DNA of 64,000 bases, from the NCBI GenBank assembly GCA_009103225.1, contig RHPI01001116.1:255380-319379 (forward strand), read 5' to 3'. This stretch comes from Chlorokybus atmophyticus (taxonomy: Eukaryota; Plantae; Mesostigma and Chlorokybus algae). Below, one piece after another: positions 50,401-64,000 of this stretch (its first letter is position 1; the number at the start of each line of letters is the position of its first letter). The notes beneath the pieces were generated by a model. It made no database searches, was not told where the DNA came from, and saw only the letters and a list, made by a program, of their open reading frames with translations. The position numbers were made by a program, and so were the translations under genes.

Positions 50401-52990
50401 TCACTTCTCCGCCACCTGCATCACAAGCTTGCCCTTGGCGCGGTGGCTCTCCTGCTTCGCAAAAGCCGAGGCCACATCCTCAAACTTGAACGGGGACTCG
50501 GGGTCCAGGACAGGCTTCACCTGCACAGAACAGACGTTGCACTTCAAACATCATGATACAACTCTTCCACTGTCGCCGAAGTGTCGGAATCAGTAAAGGC
50601 TGCTGTATTTATGAACAACTTTGTACCGCTTCAAGCACAACAAATAAATGAATGAAAATTGCATGGAAGCAAGCAGGCAGACACACGAGTGACAAGTCAG
50701 CTGCAACAGCTTGCCTTGCCGGTCTCGATCCATTCTCGCAGCTGGTCCAGGTCCGACGAGTCTTTGGTGGCTTTCAACGCAATGCTATAAGATGGTGCAC
50801 CCAGCTTGGAGCGCAAGTTGCGAGCGGCCACCGTGGCCGCGAAGCGCGCAACCCCGACTGCAATACACAATCAGACACAATCAGATGGATTGAGCACAAG
50901 AAAGTCTGCCTACCGGTAGTCATCACATCCAAATGACTTTCTGCACTTACAAACGTTTCCAAGCTTGATTTCAGAGTCCCCAACAATCGTGACAAAGTGG
51001 CCTCCCGGCTTCAACACGCGCAGGGCCTTGACAAACTGATCGCGGCCTCCCACCGTGTCGTACACGACATCGAAACCGTACCCGGCATACTTCTGGCTAA
51101 AGTCCTCTGTCTTGTAGTTGACCACCTGTATGAGACTCAACGATGGACATTTGGCACGAGAGTGTTGTTCTAGCAGCAATGCATGGTATTTCCAATCAGG
51201 AGTAGGCAACATGTATCCTTGCCTCATCAGCACCAAGTGACTTGACCAAGTCTACGTTGGAGGATGTGGTAGCAACGAATGAAGCGTCAAGCGCCTTGGC
51301 GATCTGTATCGCAAGCGTGCCGGTCCCGCCACTCCCTCCCTGCAGTGAGCATGTTACATGTTGTTATACATGTAACTTGCTTTTGCCCGATGCAGGTTGC
51401 ACACGCCCAACACATGGCAGCTGACTTTGCAGTGGCGGTCACAGCAGGCGGGTTTTGCTTATTGAGAAGTTGCAACACAGGTACAGTGTGCAGCATTGCG
51501 AGTTCTCCTCACCAGAACCAAAACCTTGCCGCCTGGTTTCAGCTTGCCATAATCCCTGAGTGATTGCAGGGAAGTGACGCCTGCCAAAGGCACTCCAGCT
51601 GCCTGCCAATAAGCAGCTTGCGTGATGACAACACCAACCAATATACGTGCATGGATGCATCCGCTGCAGCTGATGGCTTCACCTCAACATGGGAGATGTT
51701 TTTGGGCTTCAAAGAGACGATTTTCTCAGGGATGGGCACGTATTCTGCGAGGGAGCCAATGCGGTTCGCGGGCGTCACGTCCGCATACACCTCGTCGCCA
51801 ACCTGAGAGGTAATACCACAGTACAAACCAATCAGTGCTTGTGTTCTCTGTGCTTATACAACGGCCACAACAAACACATGCGTACGCGCGCACACTCACA
51901 TATGCACATGCACATGCCCAAGCGCGCACACATGCGCGCACGCACTTGCCTTGAACTTGGATGTCTTCGGCCCGAGCTCAACGACTGTGCCGCATATGTC
52001 TGTGCCTGTGACATAGTTTGGTGGAGACACCTTTGGCAGGACTGGGCGCAAGTCCCCTGCTCAATAAGGGCCAAACTAAGCGGCTTTGGCATGCATACGG
52101 ATGCAAACATCTGCGCAATAATGCTGTGAAGAAGTCAGGCCCTATAGATGCGGAGCTGGCGTCCCTGACAGGTAACCCGTTGTCATCTACAATCATCAGC
52201 TAAACTGTGGAAAATCAGGCATGTGTCACTCGGATGGATGTTTGCGTAATGCAGCTCAGCCTAGGCGAAGTTGTCCTTGCTGAGCTTAGTGCAGCCATTA
52301 TGTCGTAGCTCAGGCAAGCTTGGCGGAGGTATACTGAGGTCATGAGCTCAGTGATTGTGATATAAGGCAGGCATCAGCCGGCTGGCATGTTGCTGTTTAA
52401 CAATCCTCCAAAAGTTTGACATGACGTTTGCTGCTTGCAGGTTAGCTCAGTCTGCTTTGCCACTGATCCATTACCTCTTATGACTTTGTAGTCGATAGGG
52501 TTGATGGCTGCAGCAGCGGTCTTCACCAGCACCTGTGCATGCATGGCAATCAAGCACAAAAACACCAGCACCTGTGGCTCAATCTCGCCAAAGCAAGGTA
52601 ATTGAAGTAGAAAGCTCATTTCATATACAACAGCAAAGGAGCAGCACAGCTTACAAGGACATACCTCTCCCGGTCCCGGTTTGGGCTTGGGAACCTCTGC
52701 GACCTTCACCACATCCTTGGCGGGACCATACGTCGTAAAGATCACTGCCTGCGCGAGCATTCACATGCTTTCAGTTCTACTTCCCTCAATACATGTAACA
52801 ACTGCAGCAGGATGGGCTGCCAAGCGCCAAGACAACACACAGGCTTGCTGCCTGCTGACTGGCTGCATGCGAGCTGCCACACAGCGTTGTGCTTGTTGCG
52901 AGTGCAGCTTGCAGCAGGGCTGTGTCGGACTCATCAAGCAAGCCCATACACACACCCAAGTACAAGCACCTTCATCATCTCCGCTGCCAT
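50401..52990 (-). CDS. NADPH:quinone oxidoreductase / alkenal reductase (MDR superfamily, QOR-like), about 9 exons
   Basis: MAAEMMK/AVIFTTYG, AAINPIDYK, GTDICGTVV, GDEVY, GSLAEY, AAGVPLAGVTSLQSL, GGSGGTG (NADPH loop), LGADE/VVNY, FDVVYDTVG and RAKGKLV. Confidence 0.92.
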
Positions 52991-53392
52991 CTCTGCTGCT
53001 GCGCCCGCCCGCCCGCTCGCTCCTTATTCTGCCAGCTGCCAGCATTATCGTAGCGCGAGCGAGTTGCTATAGCATACACACGTTAGCTCATGCACGCTAC
53101 CGTCCACCCCAGTACTGTGGTACCCCCAACCACAGCGTAACGTTAGGGGATTACAGAAGCGAGCAAATGACGAAAAGCAAAGCGCTTTTGGGCAATCAAT
53201 CAAGTGATGAGCTGGTGAGGGTGCGGGCGTTGTGGGCGGAGGCGTCGTCGCCGCGGTTGAGCTGGTTGCAAGGGGGTGATTGTGGGACGGGTTGTGCTCC
53301 GTCAACCTTGTGACAGAGTTGATTGATTGCGTGCTCCTGTCAATTAGTTGTTGGTCAGGCCGCTAGCGGCGGCAGCAGTGCTGTTCCCCGCC

Positions 53393-55100
53393 ATGATGGG
53401 CAACGCTGCGAGCAGTGCCGTGGAGGCGGCTTCTACCGTCTTCGCCTCCCTCGTCGGCAACCCCGATGACGTCGGTGATCTCCAGCGCGCCGCCAGAGCG
53501 CTCCTCTTCCTGCAGGTAAGCATGGCCAGCTGCTGCCTGCGCAGGCCAGCCATGCACACTCACACACGCACACAGAAAAACTACTCACAGCCTGACCCGG
53601 CACAGTCACAACTGCACTGATTTCCAGCAACAAAGCTTTTGTTCTGTTGCATGCACTAACCTGATGACATTGACTTGAGCTGCACGTAGCAACACAGCAT
53701 GTCTGAGCTGTACGTGGCAGAGGTTAGCGTCGTACTCAACACATGTCAACAGTGTTGTTATTATCGGCCCAGATGCTAATGCATGACACTGCAATTAGAA
53801 ATTTGCTTCACAGCACACAGCAAGTTACACAGTCAATTGGACAATACAGGTGTTTTTCAGCATGCTGGGAGGCTCGCTTGCGCCGCAGTATGGTTCAATC
53901 CTGGTGGCCACTCTGGCAGTATCATTGTTTGCGTTGATGGCGATGGAGAATGGAGCACCTCGGTTGCAGCGCGTGTACGCCATCATGTTGCCATTCCTCC
54001 TGTTCCTGGACATCATTTGGTTCTTCGTGTGGGGCTCTGCCATCCGGTACGCACAAGTGGGATTTGCATATTGTCAAGGAATGGCTCCACTTTGCACCTA
54101 CTTATGAGGTTTAAGATCTTAGAGCATACACAGCTTTGGTTGAATGTACCTGTGGTTAAGGAATGTTTCTTTCCCAACAGGCATCTAGAAGTGAAGGACG
54201 TGCATCAGACAGCAAGCACCGCCAAGCTGGCGCTGGCGATGCAATGTCTCGTGTTTGTGGCTCAGGTGCTTTCCGCAGGTACGGTTCTGCCCGCAGTGGT
54301 CTGTTATTCAGGCTCGCGTTTGCATGGTGCTGAAGTTATTGCATAATTGCACTTGTAGGTTTGCATCATGCCATAGCCTGCCCACTTGTTTATCAATTTG
54401 TTTCACATTGCAATGTTGCCGCTGCTTAATGTCGCTTCTTGTTTGGATGTGCTGGAGTTTTGCCCTGTTTGACACTCTGCTCCAACAGCGGTCTGGTACA
54501 AGATGTGGCAACTCGGGCTGGGTGCGGCTGCTGATGGCGGGTATGGCAGCGGGTTAGAATGATACACGCATGCACTGTCCAGTTTGTGTGTAGCTCAGCC
54601 CATGTGAGGGGAGCTGTGTTGCGCATCTGAGAGTGCAAGTCGTAAGCTGCAACACTGGTGTGTACACGGGAGCATGGCTTCCATGCTTTAGTTTTGTAGC
54701 CCTGCTGTTGTGACATTGTGCTCACTGGTTCCCTCACAGGTACGCGTCAATTGGTGAAGCAGAGGCGCCCCCGCTGCGGTTTGGAGGCTACGGCACTGGG
54801 GGCTACAATGCAAGTGAGTTTTGCACACTCTCCTGTCCTCTTCAACTGCAGTTGCCTTCTGCCTTGGTGTGATGAGTCAGCTGCAGTACTGATAGTGGTC
54901 ATGTTTGTGCTTTCAGCTGGCTTTCCACCACCAGCACAAGGGGGAGGGTTTGGATCGGTTGCAGCAGGCACTGCCGCCACATCAGGTTTGCATCGCATCC
55001 CCCACTTGCCGTTGCCATTGACACCTTGGGTTATTGCAACGTCTCATGCGCGAGGGAGTTGGATGTGGACACAACATAACATCAACACAACAACTCACTA
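53393..55100 (+). CDS. Conserved uncharacterised multipass membrane protein of plant type; 3' end uncertain
   Basis: Hydrophobic exons LAVSLFALMAMENG..RVYAIML..LDIIWF, KLALAMQ and VWYKMWQLG resemble a recalled plant family (ALFALVAIESSSQSLGRTYAVLL..LDI.WF). Confidence 0.7.
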
Positions 55101-55953
55101 TGGACTTCAACAGGCACATCAACAAGTCAACCCACCCCCAAGCCTCCGCAGCCGCCCACCTCTGGTGGTTATCAGAGCTTTGGTTAATGCAAGACCTTAT
55201 GGGCTTGTCAGTGTGCACGTGCCACGTGGGTTGGTTGGGCTCCGCTTGGCTTCAGACACTTCGCATCCAATTACTTGTGATTATACTTGCACCACGCTTT
55301 GTTCTTGGTTATGGCATGCGTGCATTGATCAATGCACGCACTGTGTGGAGACTGCATGGCTGCCGGCATATTATAATCTACAAGGGATCTCCATGATACC
55401 GCATTACTTGTGAGATACAGAGCCAATATATTTCAAGGTGGTACATAAAGAATGGCTTAGTCTACAATCCTACCACTGCGCGGATCTGACCAGCAGATGC
55501 CCAACAGATGGGGTGGCTGGTGCTGTGCGTTTGGAGTAGATGTCAGTCACAGCATTGTTGTTGCATGCGCCACTGTTGCCCCAATTTCACGTAGGCAGAG
55601 GGAAGCGTTGCCAGAATCTGCACCATGTATTGTGGGCTCACTTTGTGCTGCTGGCCCTGTGCTTGATTGTTTTGCTGTATTCATAGGTTACGAAGTTTGC
55701 CCTGTGCCTCTGTTTGATACAGGATACAGGATCATGGTGCACAGTAGCATGTTGCTGTGTCCATGAGTGACGCAATGGAGCTGCAAACTTTGATTGTGCA
55801 CTGAAATTGGTGGTGAATCAGCTTGTCACTCGTAGCACTGACTGATTGTGATACTACTAGCAGATACTGTTGCCATCATTCACTGTAGACACCGATGACA
55901 ACACCTGATGACTGATTGACTGTTGTAAAAATGCTCATCCAGGAGAATGCTCC

Positions 55954-58227
55954 TTATGCACTTGTAATGGAGTGCAATCGTACTTGAGTACTCGAGGGCA
56001 AGTGCACGTCCAAGTGTCGTTTCTCTACCCTGTGCGTGACATCAGACACAACCAGCTTGCTCTTTGCAGCTGCCTGTTGAAATATGCGCAGAGTGTCGAC
56101 ATTCCGAACTGTGCTTGCTAGATACGCAACAGGCGCTTGCGTGGCTGCATGCTGGTTTGGTGCTTCACTGGTTTCAGCCCTTGTTGGTTTCAACAGGACT
56201 GCTAATACGCGAATGAGGTGCGGTATGACAGATGGGTCATACACCACGTCTGCACCCAATCTGCCGAGGTACATAACATCAGTGAGGGACACATGCACAC
56301 GACCCATCCGCACACATACAGTTTTGCTCTGTGGACAGGGGGAACTTACACAACATCTGCGCTGAGGGCGAGCAGGTCTTCATCCTGGACGGATCCCCAG
56401 TCCAGCATGCAGCAGCGCACCTGCTTTGAAAGCTGCTTAATGTACTGAGACATGCGCTTCTAGCCAGACACGCACATATTGCCAGCACAACAACTACGTT
56501 CGTCGTATCTGATGCATAAAGACTAGTGCACGATACCGCATCATGACACATCACATATGCAGCGAGTATAAACGAGCTCCACACACCTTGCTTTCTGAAG
56601 CAGCGTCTACGCCATTTATGTGCAGGTTGTGCCTAAGATTTGCCAGCGTGTCCTCATGCCCATCTGTGAGAGTTACCTGCAGAGTTGTTTAGACTGCTAA
56701 ATCACGGTATTACAACATATAGACAATAATGTTGCGAGCACCAACTTGCCTGCTTACATGCGAGTCGTGACAAGATCACTCCCACAAGACCAGTCCCACT
56801 GCCAAGCTAACAACCACGTCAGATGTATTCCCTGGCAGACAAGCCTTGGCCAGCATGCAACCCAGCAAGCATATTGTTCCAACTTTGCGTACAGCTTGAT
56901 GGCCATCACTCAACCTCACCTCCACACAGTGCTTGCCTGCCACAGCTTCTGGATGACTCAGCAGAAAGTCTGCTAAGGAAAAGCCGGCCTCCCATGGCGC
57001 ACAACTGCAAGCGCATGTTGCATGCTTGACCAACTTGAGTGACATCTTCTTGCAAAATGCGGCACGCAAACTATTATTGACGTCGACAATCAGCAGCGCA
57101 TACCCTGTTCCTCCATGAAGGACGTTCAAAGACACCCGTAATGTGACAAGCTCCATATCTTCATCGCTGTCAGCAAACCCCTCCGCGGCATTACTTGTGG
57201 TTGGCCTATTGTCAGCATCAGTTTCAGTACCGTTCGAGCAATGAGGGCAGTATTCGTAGGTCTTGTAACACCACTGATTGCAGCCATCACCGGATAAGTC
57301 GCCTGTCTGCATGAAAGTAATCAGGACTGATCATAAAGACGGTTTCAGACATAAACAGTGGTAGTAGCTGTGCATGACACATCAACATGGGTGATAGAAT
57401 GTACTTCCAACAGCAGTAACTCAGCAGCACCAGTATCACTCGCCTGCGACGAAACAAGAAGTTTTGCGTGTTCGGCGTACAGCGCTTCGTCCACTTCTTC
57501 GCGATCGTCTTCAGCTGCCAGTATTGCTTGCTTCAACACTTTCTCTGAGTATGCTGCCGGTGGCGGGTACTTTCGGCAAACCTGGCTCATGACCGTTCAG
57601 CGCTGTGCAGTACTGAGATGTAGAGAGAAAGTTGTAGTGTGCCAGTGTTCAGGTATGCAAACTATGTGTGTGGCTTACCTTCCGCTCCCGACATGCATTG
57701 CATGCATTCACTTACATCATCAACTATGCAGTCGTTCAGTAAACATCGCTGTGCTTCTGGTCCCAATCTCCCATTTCCAATCTCCCTGCAAAAAGCAGTG
57801 TGATGGTGACCATGTGAACCTTGCCCCCCAAAACTACGTACCAGCATCTGCTAGCATGCAGTGTGCGGTTGTTTGCAGCGCAGGAGTAATTGCTACTGTT
57901 CCTCATACTTTGATCAATGTGCACACACAATCGTTGCTAGACGGCTGGCATGCATGCATAGACCTCGTCATGCTAGCACCAAACCATATACAGTCAGCAA
58001 CTACGTGTGCATCTAACCAAATTCAGGGCAACCGCGCATGCCATGGCAGCACCGACAGAAGGGCGCAGCGCCACATGCACACCGGCTTGCCCCATGTGAT
58101 GCGTGCAATGACCCGCGCACACAACAGCACACCTGCACAGCGACAGCACAGCCGCCACCGGCGCAACCTGCCGGTACAAACACCGCAGCTGCCGCCGCCG
58201 CCGCCGCCGCCGCCTAACACCTTCCAT
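55954..58227 (-). CDS. Protein-lysine N-methyltransferase, EEF2KMT/FAM86-like (Methyltransf_16), about 8 exons
   Basis: FAM86-like KYPPPAAY..LK..E.VDEALY, GGTG/CAPWEAG, motif I VE/LGSGTGLVG, LTDG, LDW and GADVVYDP. Confidence 0.88.
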
Positions 58228-58814
58228 GCCACCACGCAGCTGCTTGCTGCAATGCATTGCAAGCTAAACACTACACTTTTCACTTTCATCCTGCAATCAA
58301 CCCCCAAAACCCGAGTAAAGGTTTCGAGTTGAAACCCACGGATTTTCAACAGACGCAAGAATGGCTTGTATTGACGCACCTGTTGAGGATGAAACTGGCC
58401 GCCAGTTTTCTACGCTTTTGCGCTTTAGCGCTTTCTGTAGTGTCGCTTTCCGGCTTTATGGCTTCAGTTGCACGTGTCCAGGCCTCAGGCTTAGGGCAGG
58501 CTCGCAGACACGAAACCGAAATGCCCGTCCGTGGGCATCTTCTACTGCATCCGCAGCGTGCGACTCCGGCCAGTGACAGGTGCCGCCATTCTGTACGAGC
58601 GTTTCTAAGACTTATGGCAGCGGTGTCGCGCGCTGCGTGTCAGCGGGGCGGCGCTGCGGACGGGCATCCGGGGGTGGGAAAGCCGTTTTTGCTGCTGCGA
58701 AGGTGCAGTACAAACGCTATAAATACAAAGCAGGCGGTGGCGGCGGCGGAGGCGGTGGTGGAGGAGAAGGTGCAGGAGGAGGAGGTGGTGGACGAAGGAG
58801 GACGAGGGGGAGGC

Positions 58815-62161
<3,347 letters not shown>

Positions 62162-63218
62162 GCGTTGAGAGTTGTGGCGGCGTGCGTGCCTTGTGCACGT
62201 TTGTGATGATGCCTGAGTGGGCCAGCCACCAACTTTTTTCAGCACCATTTATTTGTAGGTTTCACAGTCACAATGTAGTTTATTCTTATTGTAGGCATCA
62301 TTGCACATTGTTTTGTTGATAGCACTGTATAGGTCAAGCCGTGGATTCACGGTGCCAGTTCCATGTACTATATTGGCTGTGAGAAGAGTTGTGTATTCTC
62401 TGCTGCTCTCGTGTAAATCCAAAACGAACCAAGGCTTGCGGCCCTGTGTTGTCATGATACAAACAGAAGGTAATTCAGTGATTCCCTGTTGGCATACACA
62501 CAACTTTGCTGCGAGAGCATGTCATGCTTCCTTGTTGAGACACACCTGCACACATGAACTGCGCTGTGTACTGTGCACTTTGTGTCAGATCCAATGGCAA
62601 TTGGCACAGCTTGCTGAACTTGATGCAATATATCAAACACAATCCGTCAACAGCTGCCCATGCTATGCTATGATTAATGCATGCGCAATGTAGGATTGTA
62701 AGTTGAGGCAATGCTGAAACATGTCATCGCTGTGCCAGAAAGCTTTACAATTAAGTAATCAATATATGACCTTGCTGCTAAGCACGGTATCCATTTATCC
62801 CTTTGCCACACTGCAGGCATAATGGAAATAGGACAATTGTGATGTGCTCAGGCTGCAGTTTCTGGCACCTTTGCACATGATGAGGTGCATACAATCCAGA
62901 ACCAATCAGCGACAACAGTGTTGCTAAGCTAATCAAAGCTGCACCCCCTGCGCACCCTGGTCCCTTTGTACTTCGCGTTTACATGTGGCGCATGGAAAGC
63001 TTGCGTGAAACATACAATTCATTGCAGCCCTTGCGTACTGGACTCTTGCATCCAATTTTGTGCGATTTGCACGACGGGCCATAAACACAGCCCACAGACT
63101 GCAGCGCAAAAGCCTCTACCAATCAAGCTCTACAACAACGATCGTCATACACATCATCATCCCGCATCCCCTACTCTACGCGTGCCCCCACCCATGTGCA
63201 AAGCGCGCCACCCAAGCA

Positions 63219-64000
63219 CTACACCCGTTTGATAATCTGCACCACATCCTCATCTTCCAGAATGTGCTCCCTTCCCACCCTCTGCGGGTTGTGCTTGACG
63301 CTGGATCCCCACACGAGGGCGTACTTGAACTCTTTCAGTATACCCTTGTGGATGCGGTTGCAGAAGTCCTCAACGGAGCGGTGCATCTTGGGGATGATGA
63401 CAGGGTCATCGTAGTCCGGGTTAAGGCCCTTAGGCTTGGTGTACAAGCGCACGAGGTCAAGGTATTCCCAAATCTTCTCAAGCAGACCGTCCAGGTTCCA
63501 CTCCTTGTGCGCGCTGACCGGACAGTAGTGAGGCATCCTGTCCATCAACTCCAGCTCTTCAAGCGTGATCTGATCAATCTGCGCGCCCCCAACATGTTAG
63601 TGCAATGGCGACTGGATCCAGACTAACCAAATAAAACCACGTGTTTAGGTAGATTGGTACTGCATGACCATAGAGTATTGCAATGCATAGTAAGCACGAC
63701 GCTAGACACACGCAGATAATAGCTGTATGATGCTACAACGGTGGTAACGACACCACAACACGCACCTTATTGCAGACATATATGCACGGCATGTATATTC
63801 GGTTGCCCTCAATGACATCAATGAGCTCGTCCACTGACGCATCATACTTCACATTGATCTCCGCATTATGAATCTTGTACTCATGGCACACAGACTTGAC
63901 CGTCTCCAAGTCAAGCTGCCCATCCTTCACACTGCTGACCAAGCTGATGCCTCCCTTATCTTTTTTCCGGAATGACAGATTTGGTGGCGACTGATTCAAC
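63219..64000 (-). CDS. DRG1: Developmentally regulated GTP-binding protein, DRG1 subfamily; 3' part, runs off the window
   Basis: [54 protein letters not shown] and TGS domain [28 protein letters not shown]. Confidence 0.95.

Noticed and set aside
57358-58332. 324-aa plus-strand ORF
   Set aside because: Antisense to the methyltransferase exons and introns, with no domain signal.

Overview
Eukaryotic nuclear DNA (about 50% GC, many short spliceosomal introns, 4 N gaps), most likely a green alga. Several proteins resemble land-plant families, so an early-diverging streptophyte alga is plausible (inference only). The left ~40 kb is transposon-rich. It holds two related DD35D pogo/Fot-like DNA transposons with GGGTA-starting TIRs and TA target duplications: one degraded and carrying a solo LTR with a 5-bp TSD, one apparently intact. 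It also holds a decayed Ty3/gypsy-like gag region, a stand-alone GIY-YIG endonuclease ORF, arrays of short palindromes, a box C/D snoRNA cluster and a DIS3L2 gene. The right ~24 kb is gene-dense: a bacterial-type uridine-kinase-like P-loop gene, a conserved plant-type plastid protein, two tandem 2-Cys peroxiredoxins that differ in exon 1 (no transit peptide vs transit peptide), an NADPH:quinone oxidoreductase, a multipass membrane protein, an EEF2KMT/FAM86-like methyltransferase, a secreted bacterial-type PI-PLC with a GPI-anchor-like tail, and the 3' end of a DRG1 GTPase. GC-AG introns appear unusually frequent (7 seen). All gene models were spliced by eye and no database search was run. Family assignments and reference RNA sequences are from memory.
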